Source: Candidatus Levyibacteriota bacterium (lineage in GTDB: Bacteria; Patescibacteriota; Microgenomatia; Levybacterales; UBA12049). Taken from it: 48,732 nucleotides of DNA. The position numbers and the translations under genes are program-made. The stretch lies in contig JBEKQZ010000001.1 of the NCBI GenBank assembly GCA_049519175.1, positions 173,311-222,042 of the forward strand, written 5' to 3'. The notes under the pieces are model-generated. The model had not been told where the DNA came from. It ran no database searches and worked only from the letters and a program-made list of their open reading frames with translations. Below, piece by piece: positions 34,935-43,423 of this stretch (its first letter is position 1; each line of letters begins with the position of its first letter).

Positions 34935-35648
34935 ATGGGATTGACAATAATAAATCATAGTGATATAAAGCAAGGCATGACATGGATTAGAGAATCAGAA
35001 TTTAGAGGGATGGGTGAAGCGCAGAGAAAATTAGCCGCCTTACATCAAAAGCAATTAGATCAAGCTCATTTCAGTGGAGAAAATCCAGTCGCACCCGAAC
35101 AAATAGCAACATTCCTTGAGCCTTTCAAAGCCCCTATTGAGGCAATAGCTCAAGATTTACAAGGAGCGGGATATGTAGTTAAACCTACCGGTCCGGAATA
35201 TCTTTACGATTGGAATTCTAGAGACGACTCTCCAAGAAATGGCAAGAAGTATGAAACTAAATATGCACTTACCAGAACTAAGGATGAATCTTGGGGTTCT
35301 CATGGAGATAATTCACTTACAGCTTATTATGTTTTTGGACTAGAATGGGGCATTCAAAGGCCGGACGGAACAGATTTAGGAACTATCATGTTGCTGCCTA
35401 GGGTTAATGAAAGAACTCATTTTGCGGCAGCTGAATTTAGGGGAATTCCTAACCACAAATTAGTAGAATATAGATCTCACGATTTAGAGTATTCTACGGA
35501 CGCATCCGTTGTTAATTGGTCAGATCCTGAACAACAAGTAAATATGGTTGGAGCTTTACAAACAGTAATAGGCTCATGGATTGCAAGAGCGGAATCCCTA
35601 AGTACTCCTGAAGTAAGAACTGCAGGCGCTATAAAAGCGGGTAAATAG
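34935..35648 (+). CDS. hypothetical protein (237 aa)
   Basis: Track ORF with no motifs recognised. It sits inside the 1.1-kb segment bracketed by the 13-bp direct repeat. Confidence 0.65.
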   Translation: MGLTIINHSDIKQGMTWIRESEFRGMGEAQRKLAALHQKQLDQAHFSGENPVAPEQIATFLEPFKAPIEAIAQDLQGAGYVVKPTGPEYLYDWNSRDDSPRNGKKYETKYALTRTKDESWGSHGDNSLTAYYVFGLEWGIQRPDGTDLGTIMLLPRVNERTHFAAAEFRGIPNHKLVEYRSHDLEYSTDASVVNWSDPEQQVNMVGALQTVIGSWIARAESLSTPEVRTAGAIKAGK

Positions 35649-35741
35649 TATAACCCTCTCCAATACTTCTTGTCTCGCAAATATATCAAACTATATCATC
35701 ACTTAAGACACCCTTTTTATACTGTCTCATTTGTCTCATTT

Positions 35742-35920
35742 AGCCTCAAAAGCGAGACACCGCTATAATGATATAATGGGTCTAGACCGTTATGCTCAGG
35801 GAGATTGGATTCGAACGGTCTCAAATTCTACATCATAGCTTAAGTATTTTTTATTCAAATCACTAATAATTTAAAGCTAAAGGTTCGAGCCTCCCGGATG
35901 GGTGGTCTATTTTTGAGGCT
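35742..35920 (+). other. 179-nt element bounded by a perfect 10-bp inverted repeat; candidate small RNA or MITE-like unit
   Basis: AGCCTCAAAA (35742-35751) pairs with TTTTGAGGCT (35911-35920). Inside are TATAAT (35764-35769), an 8-bp stem AGACCGTT/AACGGTCT (35784-35791 / 35814-35821), and T-loop-like strings GGATTCGAAC and GGTTCGAGCC. Confidence 0.35.
35762..35801 (-). repeat. R-family dispersed intergenic repeat, copy F (inverted)
   Basis: The reverse complement CCCTGAGCATAACGGTCTAGACCCATTATATCATTATAGC is 31/40 identical to copy B. Confidence 0.6.
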
Positions 35921-35929
35921 ATATTTCCC

Positions 35930-35988
35930 GAGTACCGCCAGCAGGAGTTGAACCCGCGATTTCCAGCTCCGATGGTCGTTGCCATCGG
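35930..35988 (-). pseudogene. tRNA-like 3' fragment (hairpin + T arm + acceptor 3' strand) lacking a 5' half
   Basis: Minus strand: CCGATGG-caacga-CCATCGG agctggaaat GCGGG-TTCAACT-CCTGC TGGCGGT A. No complementary ACCGCCA exists between it and tRNA-Glu, which starts at 36001. Confidence 0.5.
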
Positions 35989-36000
35989 GAACGATCTTTG

Positions 36001-36073
36001 TGACGCTACCGGGATTCGGACCCGGAATTTCTAGGATGAGAACCTAGCGTCCTAGCCGTTAGACGATAGCGCC
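36001..36073 (-). tRNA. tRNA-Glu (anticodon CUC)
   Basis: Hand-folded: GGCGCTA TC GTCT AACGGCTA GGAC G CTAGG TTCTCAT CCTAG AAATT CCGGG TCCGAAT CCCGG TAGCGTC A. All stems pair (one G-U in the acceptor). CCA is not encoded. Confidence 0.92.
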
Positions 36074-36113
36074 ATAATTATATTATAGCATCAGGACTAT
36101 CTAAAAACTAACA

Positions 36114-36143
36114 TTTGACATTTCTGTCAAAATTAGTTATACT
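36114..36143 (+). promoter_or_regulatory. promoter of the efflux operon with a palindromic operator candidate
   Basis: TTGACA (36115-36120), 17-nt spacer, TATACT (36138-36143). A perfect inverted repeat TTTGACA-tttc-TGTCAAA (36114-36131) overlaps the -35 box. Confidence 0.6.
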
Positions 36144-36170
36144 ATCTAACAATTAGGTTATTAAAACAAT

Positions 36171-36602
36171 ATGGAAGACGAAATAAACGACCAAATCTTG
36201 GAAGCAATGTTCAAATTAACGAGAGACTTAAAAGGTAGTATCTCCGGAAGTTTTGAGCATTCCCATTTAACCATACTGCAATGTCAGGCATTAGAATGTA
36301 TTAAAAAACACGTTGGAACGCATATGGGAGATATTGCCAGTCATTTTGCCACTACCATGCCAACCGCCACAGCGCTGGTCGATAAATTGATTACGGCAAA
36401 ACTGGTCAAACGGGAGAATGACCTTAAAGACAGAAGAATTATCAGAATCAGTTTGACAAAACAAGGAGAAAAGTTGCTGGTCGAGGTCAGAAAACAAAGC
36501 GCAAATAAAATGAAAAAACTCTTGTCCTATCTTCCCAAACAAGACAAGCTGGAATTACTAAGGATTTTAGAAATTTTAGCCCAACAATCGGAAAATCTAT
36601 GA
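36171..36602 (+). CDS. MarR-family transcriptional regulator
   Basis: 143 aa. Winged-HTH region LTILQCQALECIKKHVGTHMGDIASHFATTMPTATALVDKLITAKLVKRENDLKDRRIIRISLT. Confidence 0.85.
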   Translation: MEDEINDQILEAMFKLTRDLKGSISGSFEHSHLTILQCQALECIKKHVGTHMGDIASHFATTMPTATALVDKLITAKLVKRENDLKDRRIIRISLTKQGEKLLVEVRKQSANKMKKLLSYLPKQDKLELLRILEILAQQSENL

Positions 36603-37708
36603 AAAAAATATTCAACAAACAAACTTTGAAGTATCTTATCGTGACAATTTTTGTGGTAATTATCGGCATTTTTGCCGTCACTTTTTTAGCTCACGCCGCT
36701 TCGTCCCCAAAAACTGAGACAGTAGCTGTGAACGCTATCTCAGAGCAAATTTTGGCCACCGGCAGTATCGTCGCCCAAACACAAGCGGTTTTAAATTTCC
36801 AAATCGGCGGAAAATTAATCTATTTACCGTTTAAGGAAGGAGACACAATTTACCAGGGGCAGACAATTGCCCAACTGGATTCCTACGCTTTGCAAAAACA
36901 ATTACAGATTGCGGCCAACGCTTATCAAACTACAGAAAATACCGCTAACCAAACTCAAGAAAACCAAAATGCCGGCGTTTTGGAAGGTCAACAAAGAACA
37001 ACCTTGGATACGACTAATAAGACCGCTTACTCGGCTGTGCCGGAAGTGGATGTTATTTACGATACGGTGAAAAGATTAGTTGACAACGCCAATTTGGCGC
37101 AGAATTCGGCCCAGTTGAGTGTTGACTTGGCTAATTACTCCTTGCAACTGGCGACCTTAACTTCTCCCATCAATGGTATTGTCTTGCATGAAGATGTCAA
37201 TACAACCGGTGTCAACATTACTCCGGTCACCACTTTTGTGGTTGCCGACCCGACCTCAATGGTATTTAGCGCTAATGTCAGGCAACAAGAGATTGATTTT
37301 ATCAGCGTAGGCAATCCCGTCACCGTAACGCTAGATGCTTTAAATGGCAAGACTCTGCAGGGAGTAGTCGATCGAATTTATCCGCAAAAGACAACGCTTG
37401 CCGATGGCGACCAGGTGTATAGAGTGGATATAAAAATTAATAATCTGCCGGCTACGGTCAAATTAGGACAAAGCGGCACAGTGCTCATCAAAAGTAATTT
37501 TAACCAACCAGTAATTTTGGTTCCTTCGTGGACCGTTCTTTCAGACTCATATATTTGGGTGTTGGATAATCAAACGCCCGTTCTTAGAAAAGTGACAACC
37601 GGAGATACGGTTAACGGACAAACCGAAGTTTTGAGCGGATTAAAAGATACGGACAAAGTGATTACCAATCCACAGTCTATTATTTCTAAGCGTTATTCAA
37701 TTATATGA
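36599..37708 (+). CDS. HlyD/membrane-fusion-protein family efflux adaptor
   Basis: N-terminal TM anchor, lipoyl-like hairpins (GDTIYQGQTIAQLD; SPINGIVL), a coiled-coil middle and a beta-barrel C-terminus. 4-nt overlap with marR. Confidence 0.8.
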   Translation: MKKIFNKQTLKYLIVTIFVVIIGIFAVTFLAHAASSPKTETVAVNAISEQILATGSIVAQTQAVLNFQIGGKLIYLPFKEGDTIYQGQTIAQLDSYALQKQLQIAANAYQTTENTANQTQENQNAGVLEGQQRTTLDTTNKTAYSAVPEVDVIYDTVKRLVDNANLAQNSAQLSVDLANYSLQLATLTSPINGIVLHEDVNTTGVNITPVTTFVVADPTSMVFSANVRQQEIDFISVGNPVTVTLDALNGKTLQGVVDRIYPQKTTLADGDQVYRVDIKINNLPATVKLGQSGTVLIKSNFNQPVILVPSWTVLSDSYIWVLDNQTPVLRKVTTGDTVNGQTEVLSGLKDTDKVITNPQSIISKRYSII

Positions 37709-38343
37709 AAAACTTAATTGCCAAAATTAAAAATCCTAAAGTCCTAAGAATAATGTTGGTAATTGTCGTGGCTGTTTTACTAATCGGTGGGTATGTATTT
37801 TACCAACTCTTAAGAGATAGGGTCAGTATTGAGGATTCCTTGGTGCAAGCTCCGATTGTGATGATTTCCCCTGAAGTGCCGGGAGCGATAACGGATATCA
37901 AAGTTTATGAAGGAGAGAGAGTTAAAAAAGGAGACGAATTGGCAATTGTCGGCACAAGCAGTCTAAATGCATATCAGGATGGCTTGGTGGTTGCAACCGA
38001 TAATGCCATCGGTAGTCTTGCCAGCTCGCAAACTCCGGTGGTTGAGATGATTAATTTTGCCGACATGCGCATTGCGGGGACAATCGACGAAAATAAAGGT
38101 TTGGATGAAGTGCAAATTGGTCAGGTGGTTTCCTTTACGGTGGATGCTTTGCCCGGGCAAACTTTCTGGGCATATGTCGATGAAATCAGTCCAACCGCCA
38201 AACAAACAGAGCTGCAATTCTCGGTTTCCAGTGAGAGACCAACCCAACAGTTTATCGTTTATGCCAGATTTAACGCTTATAACTATCCGCAAATTAAAAA
38301 CGGTATGTCTGCCAAAATGACAGTCTATACCAACACTCCTTAA
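37705..38343 (+). CDS. short HlyD/EmrA-like membrane-fusion protein
   Basis: TM anchor, VQAPIVMISPEVPGAITDIKVYEGERVKKGDELAIV lipoyl-like motif, and a beta-barrel end. 4-nt overlap with the previous gene. Confidence 0.72.
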   Translation: MKNLIAKIKNPKVLRIMLVIVVAVLLIGGYVFYQLLRDRVSIEDSLVQAPIVMISPEVPGAITDIKVYEGERVKKGDELAIVGTSSLNAYQDGLVVATDNAIGSLASSQTPVVEMINFADMRIAGTIDENKGLDEVQIGQVVSFTVDALPGQTFWAYVDEISPTAKQTELQFSVSSERPTQQFIVYARFNAYNYPQIKNGMSAKMTVYTNTP

Positions 38344-38348
38344 GCTCT

Positions 38349-39881
38349 ATGGAAAAGAAAACCAAAGCAGCTAGCGTTAAGGTAAAGCGGGGATTCCAAT
38401 CACACGAATGGATCATTCTTCTGACAGTCATGATCGCCAGCTTTTTAGGGAGGCTTGACGGAACAGTTGTCAACTTGGCCCTTCCCAAAATGATTTCCGA
38501 TTTTGGCATTACGGTTTCTGAAGCCAGCTGGATTGCCACTTCCTACATTATTGCCAACGCGATTTTTGTCCCTATTTTTGGCAAACTCGGCGATTTAATC
38601 GGCCGGAAACCCTTGTATCTTTTTGGCATCATCGGTTTTGTTATTTCTTCTATGTTTGCCGGGCTCTCCCAAAACCTTTCGCAAATGATTGTCTTCCGGA
38701 TTTTGCAAGCGATCACCGTTTCCATCGATTACCCTTTAGCGCTTTCAATTATTGCTTTTACTTTTGAAGATAAGCAGAAACGGGCTCAGGCAATGGGTCT
38801 GTGGTCGGCCGTTTTTGGCGTGGCGGCAGTATTTGGTCCGCTTTTGGGCGGGCCATTGATTGATCATTTTTCTTGGCGTTCGGTTTTTTACATCAACGTT
38901 CCAATTGGCATTATTGGTGCTTTAATGGCTTGGAGATATATTCAAGAGCCGGTCAAAAAGATTCGAGGGATTAAGAATTTTGACATTTGGGGATCACTTC
39001 TCTTGGGGGTTGCCCTGGGATCATTAGTGTTAGTTTTGGATCAGGGACAAAGCTGGGGTTGGCTAAGCACGAATAGCCTAGTTTCATATGTGGTTACCGC
39101 CGTCTCGTTTGTTGCATTTATTCTGGTTGAACAAAGACAGAAAGAGCCGGTTGTAGACTTGAAGTTTTTCCGAATTCCTGAGTTTTCGATATCTCTAATA
39201 GTGTCGTTTATCACTTTTATGGGAATGATCGGCGGACTTTTTTTACTGCCGATTTTCGTGCAAGGATATCTTGGTTACACCGTTACCAAGACCGGCTATC
39301 TTTTTTTACCGATGGCGGCAGGGATGATGATCGGCGCGCAAAGCGGCGCACGTTTATCAGCAAAGTTTTCCCCTAAATACGTAGTCTGCGCCGGACTGGC
39401 TTGGTCGGCTTTTATCTTATACCTTTTTTCGGGGATTGATTTAACTTGGTCGTTTGCTCATTTAGCAACATTATTAGGTCTCTTTGCTCTTGGTCTTGGT
39501 TTAACCTTTGCTCCAATCACCAATGCGGCCATCTCCACCGTTCCTCTCCACGAAGTTGGAGTGGCTTCTTCAATTTTGGCGCTGGTTAGAAATATTTCCG
39601 GAGCTTTCGGAGTAGCAATCTTCGCCACCATTCTTACTAACAGTGCAACCGCAGGCATCATCAGCGTGCAAAAATTCAGCGTGATTAATACTTTGAACCC
39701 GAACGTCTTACAACAGGCGGCGTATTTGATGGCGATTAAGGCCAATATCGTCTCTTTTAATGTCGTCTTCCTTTGCTCGGCGGCAATCACCGCGGTTGGA
39801 GCTGTCTCCGCGCTTTTTTTAAGAGAAACTACCAGGGAAATGGGCGGAAAAGTGGAAACGCCGACTGAAGGAATGATGTAA
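38349..39881 (+). CDS. MFS transporter, DHA2 (EmrB/QacA-like, 14-TM) drug:H+ antiporter family
   Basis: 510 aa with about 14 TM helices. LPKMISDFGITVSEASWIATSYIIANAIFVPIFGKLGDLIGRKPLY motif. Confidence 0.9.
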   Translation: MEKKTKAASVKVKRGFQSHEWIILLTVMIASFLGRLDGTVVNLALPKMISDFGITVSEASWIATSYIIANAIFVPIFGKLGDLIGRKPLYLFGIIGFVISSMFAGLSQNLSQMIVFRILQAITVSIDYPLALSIIAFTFEDKQKRAQAMGLWSAVFGVAAVFGPLLGGPLIDHFSWRSVFYINVPIGIIGALMAWRYIQEPVKKIRGIKNFDIWGSLLLGVALGSLVLVLDQGQSWGWLSTNSLVSYVVTAVSFVAFILVEQRQKEPVVDLKFFRIPEFSISLIVSFITFMGMIGGLFLLPIFVQGYLGYTVTKTGYLFLPMAAGMMIGAQSGARLSAKFSPKYVVCAGLAWSAFILYLFSGIDLTWSFAHLATLLGLFALGLGLTFAPITNAAISTVPLHEVGVASSILALVRNISGAFGVAIFATILTNSATAGIISVQKFSVINTLNPNVLQQAAYLMAIKANIVSFNVVFLCSAAITAVGAVSALFLRETTREMGGKVETPTEGMM

Positions 39882-39917
39882 TTTGTTTGTGGATTTTGTT
39901 TCTTGTATAATCTTGGT

Positions 39918-40676
39918 GTGAGTAAAATTTATCTTTCGGTGGTAATTCCTTCCTATAACGAAATGACCAATCTCCAAAAAGGCGTTTTGGATAAAGTCGC
40001 GCATTTTTTGGAAAGACAAAAGTATCAGTATGAAGCAATTATCGTTGACGACGGTTCTTCCGATGGCAGCGTTGAGTTTGTCGAAAAGTTTATTCAGGAA
40101 AATCCGCAGTTCAAGTTGTGCAGAAATCCGCATACGGGCAAAGCGGGTGCGGTCAGTGCCGGAATGCTTAAAGCGGAAGGTGAATATGTCTTATTTACGG
40201 ATATGGACCAAGCCACTCCAATTGAAGAAATAAACAAGTTATTGCCTTTCAAAGATCAATTTGACATCGTTATTGGTAGTCGGAATTCACAAAGAAAAGG
40301 CGCGCCATGGACCAGAGCCTTGATGGGGAAAGGGATGATTTTTTTAAGAACCCTGATTGTCGGATTAAGAGGAATAACCGATACGCAATGCGGCTTCAAA
40401 TTATTTAAAGGCCAAGTGACAAAACAATTATTTCCAAGACTTAGCGACTTGCATCACGGATATAAAAAAATTTCCGGTTCGTCCGTAAAGGCGGGATTTG
40501 ATGTCGAGCTATTATTGCTAGCGCGAAAAATGGGTTATAAAATAAAAGAAGTACCGGTCGAATGGCTGTATGTGGAAACCAGAAGAGTTAGCCCCGTAAA
40601 AGATTCTTTAGAGGCGGTTGATGATTTGATCAGAATTAAACTAAACGATATTTTGGGGAAATACAAAACTGTATGA
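39918..40676 (+). CDS. GT2 polyprenyl-phosphate sugar synthase-type glycosyltransferase (DPM1/CsbB/ArnC-like)
   Basis: LSVVIPSYNE, IIVDDGSSDGS, FTDMDQATP (DxD), QCGFKLF. Start set to GTG 39918, 6 nt after TATAAT (39906-39911); the track TTG 39903 immediately precedes and abuts the -10 box. Confidence 0.88.
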   Translation: MSKIYLSVVIPSYNEMTNLQKGVLDKVAHFLERQKYQYEAIIVDDGSSDGSVEFVEKFIQENPQFKLCRNPHTGKAGAVSAGMLKAEGEYVLFTDMDQATPIEEINKLLPFKDQFDIVIGSRNSQRKGAPWTRALMGKGMIFLRTLIVGLRGITDTQCGFKLFKGQVTKQLFPRLSDLHHGYKKISGSSVKAGFDVELLLLARKMGYKIKEVPVEWLYVETRRVSPVKDSLEAVDDLIRIKLNDILGKYKTV

Positions 40677-41854
40677 ATAAATTAAGGCTTCTTTTCCTCT
40701 CGTATTTCATTTTGCTCGTCGGATTTTTTGTTTACTCTTTTACGCAAGTGGATTTGAGTTTAACTTTATCAAAACTATCCATCTATCAAACCGTTGAAAA
40801 AGTTCTGCAATATCTTGGATTTTACCAACGTCCTCTTTCAACTTTAATTTTTATTATTATTGCCGGTCTTTTATTTCTTTTCTATTGTTCCTTCCTGTAT
40901 TTAGTAAAGAAGGGCCAGCTCAAGCTCAAAACTTTGACAATTCTTACTATTTTAACCGCCGTTATCCTGGTGTTTTCCTACAACGCTTTTTCTTACGACT
41001 TGTTCAACTATATTTTCGATGCCAGAATTGTTTCTGTCTATCATCTTAATCCGTATTTTTATAAAGCAACGGATTTTGCCAGTGATCCAATGCTTAATTT
41101 TATGCGTTGGACGCAGCGAACTTATCCCTACGGTCCAAGTTGGCTGATTTTAACCGTTCCTTTGACTTTTATCGGCATGAATTATTTTTTGTCGACCTTC
41201 TTTCTGTTTAAAATTTTAATGGTTCTGTCATTTCTGGGTAGTTGTTATCTAATCTACAAAATTTCAGAAAGGATTTTCCCCGAAAATAAATTATTCAATG
41301 TTGCCTTTTTCGCTTTTAATCCGCTGGTTTTAATTGAATGTTTGGTTTCGGCGCATAACGATATTCCGATGATTTTCTTTTTGCTCTTGGCAATTTATCT
41401 TTTCTTGCAGAAGAAAAAAGTGTTGTCTTGGATTAGCAATATTTTCTCAATCGGAGTTAAATTCTCCACCGGTGTGCTTTTACCATTGTTCATTCTCCTA
41501 GAATTTTTTGAGAGAACTGGCCGGAAAATAAACTGGGAAAAATTTTTTGTTGCATCAGTCGCGTTGTCACTTCTCACCGTTCTTATTGCCGGTCTTCGAA
41601 CAACGTTTCAACCCTGGTATTTGATTTTTCCGCTATCAATGGCGGCGTTTATAGCTCAAAAAAAATATGTTTTCATCCCGTCGTTGGTGGCGTCAATTTT
41701 TGCTGTTTCCATTTATGTTCCCTATATTTTGCTGACCGATTACGCCAAAGGTTATCCGCAAATCATCCAAAGTGTCGAAATAATTGGACTCATTATAGTT
41801 TTATTATTAACTGTTCTACTTGTTCTAAAGCAAACATTTCTCTCCAGGCGTTGA
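40673..41854 (+). CDS. polytopic membrane protein, probable GT-C glycosyltransferase (GT87/DUF2029-like)
   Basis: 393 aa with at least 10 TM helices. The early loop SYDLFNYIFDARIVSVYHLNPY resembles the acidic first-loop motif of GT-C enzymes. 4-nt overlap with the GT2 gene. Confidence 0.6.
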   Translation: MNKLRLLFLSYFILLVGFFVYSFTQVDLSLTLSKLSIYQTVEKVLQYLGFYQRPLSTLIFIIIAGLLFLFYCSFLYLVKKGQLKLKTLTILTILTAVILVFSYNAFSYDLFNYIFDARIVSVYHLNPYFYKATDFASDPMLNFMRWTQRTYPYGPSWLILTVPLTFIGMNYFLSTFFLFKILMVLSFLGSCYLIYKISERIFPENKLFNVAFFAFNPLVLIECLVSAHNDIPMIFFLLLAIYLFLQKKKVLSWISNIFSIGVKFSTGVLLPLFILLEFFERTGRKINWEKFFVASVALSLLTVLIAGLRTTFQPWYLIFPLSMAAFIAQKKYVFIPSLVASIFAVSIYVPYILLTDYAKGYPQIIQSVEIIGLIIVLLLTVLLVLKQTFLSRR

Positions 41855-41879
41855 TTAGAATAGATAGTTCTACTATAAT
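41851..41879 (+). promoter_or_regulatory. internal promoter abutting the start codon (leaderless)
   Basis: TTGATT (41851-41856), 17-nt spacer, TATAAT (41874-41879), then 6 nt to ATG 41886. Confidence 0.55.
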
Positions 41880-41885
41880 CTTTAT

Positions 41886-43418
41886 ATGAAGCTCATTCTT
41901 AAGTTTAAGTGGGAAATATTAGTCTCAATATTGTTAGCCGCAGCTTATTTTGTTCTCCGTTTAATTTTCTTAAACCGTCTACCAATCTTTACCGATGAAG
42001 CAATTTATGTCCGCTGGGCCCAAATTGCCCTAAACGATGCCTCCTGGCGGTTTATTTCCTTAACCGATGGCAAGCAGCCAATGTTTGTCTGGGTCGCAAT
42101 GGTAGTAATGAAGTTTATTCACGATCCACTGATTGCCGGAAGGTTAGTTTCGGTCGCGACCGGTTTTCTAACCATGCTTGGGTTATTTGCCTTAACCTTA
42201 GAACTGTTTAAAAATAAAAGGACTGCCTTTCTGGTTGCCGCTTTATATATTGTTTATCCTTTTGCCCAAGTCTTGGACAGGATGGCTTTATACGATAGCA
42301 TGGTAGCAACGTTTTATGTTTGGGCGCTATATTTTTCAATATTACTGGTTAGAAAAGTCCGCTTGGATATTGCCTATACGCTTGGTTTTATTATCGGTGG
42401 TGGAGTGCTGACAAAAAGCTCTAATTTTTTCAGCATTTATTTATTGCCGTTTCTTTTGCTTCTTTTTGATTTCAAACAGAAATTCGTCAAGAAGAAACTA
42501 GCTGATTTTATACTGTTTGCCGCTTTTGCCGCCGCTATTAGTTATGGCTTGTATAACATCTTAAGACTTTCTCCGTTGTATGACATGATTGCCACCAAAA
42601 ACGCGACCTTTGTCTACCCGTTTTCGCAGTGGCTACAACATCCGTTTCTCTATTTCCTAAGTAATCTTAACGGACTGACCAGTTGGTTATTACAATATTT
42701 AACGCCGACTTATATCATTCTGGTTTTGCTCGCGATTTTGTTCATTAATAAATTTTTCAAAGAAAAAATTGTTTTGCTGTTGTATTTTGCTTTGCCTTTT
42801 GTGGCGCTGGCGCTTTTTGGTAAGTTAATTTATCCAAGACACGTGTTTCTAATGAGTGTAATGCTTTTGCCGCTGGCGGCCTGGTCACTCAATTTCCTCT
42901 TTGCAGAAGCGGAAAAGCTTTTTTCCAAGCAAATTATCTATTCAAGAATCGCACAAATAATACTATTGTTAGTAGTGATTGCCTATCCGTTTTATGTTTC
43001 CACTCTTTTTGCGGTTAATCCTTTAAAAGCGCCGATTGCCGACGCGGACCATGGACAATACACAGATAGTTGGGCGGCCGGTTGGGGAGTCAAAGAAAGT
43101 GTTGCTTTTTTTGAAAAACAAGCCCAGAACCAAAAAATATTTATCGCCACCGAGGGGACATTTGGTTTGTTGCCCGAATCATTGGAAATGTATATGGTCA
43201 ATAATAAAAACGTCACCATTAAAGGATATTGGCCGGTGGATATTTTTCCCAAAAGCACTTTAAGTTATGCCGAAAAAATGCCTTCCTACTTTGTTTTTTA
43301 TCAACCACAGCACGTGGTGCTTCCGATTGATTTTCCGCTTAAATTAGTTCTTGAGGTTCAACAAGGAGATACTAATAATTATTACAGAGTTTATCAAATA
43401 ATCCCGCCCAACAGATAA
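41886..43418 (+). CDS. ArnT/PMT-like GT-C glycosyltransferase (GT83/GT39-type)
   Basis: 510 aa. First-loop motif LPIFTDEAIYVRWAQ (DE..Y), about 11 TM helices and a soluble C-terminal domain. Confidence 0.75.
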   Translation: MKLILKFKWEILVSILLAAAYFVLRLIFLNRLPIFTDEAIYVRWAQIALNDASWRFISLTDGKQPMFVWVAMVVMKFIHDPLIAGRLVSVATGFLTMLGLFALTLELFKNKRTAFLVAALYIVYPFAQVLDRMALYDSMVATFYVWALYFSILLVRKVRLDIAYTLGFIIGGGVLTKSSNFFSIYLLPFLLLLFDFKQKFVKKKLADFILFAAFAAAISYGLYNILRLSPLYDMIATKNATFVYPFSQWLQHPFLYFLSNLNGLTSWLLQYLTPTYIILVLLAILFINKFFKEKIVLLLYFALPFVALALFGKLIYPRHVFLMSVMLLPLAAWSLNFLFAEAEKLFSKQIIYSRIAQIILLLVVIAYPFYVSTLFAVNPLKAPIADADHGQYTDSWAAGWGVKESVAFFEKQAQNQKIFIATEGTFGLLPESLEMYMVNNKNVTIKGYWPVDIFPKSTLSYAEKMPSYFVFYQPQHVVLPIDFPLKLVLEVQQGDTNNYYRVYQIIPPNR

Positions 43419-43423
43419 TGTCC

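Noticed and set aside
35930-36000. tmRNA (one-piece or permuted) because the T arm GCGGGTTCAACTCC resembles tmRNA T arms and GGATTCGAAC strings lie nearby
   Set aside because: The acceptor 3' strand TGGCGGT-A cannot form the G3-U70 alanine identity pair. No complementary 5' strand exists, no tag reading frame or pseudoknots were found, and tRNA-Glu occupies the space where a one-piece 5' part would be.
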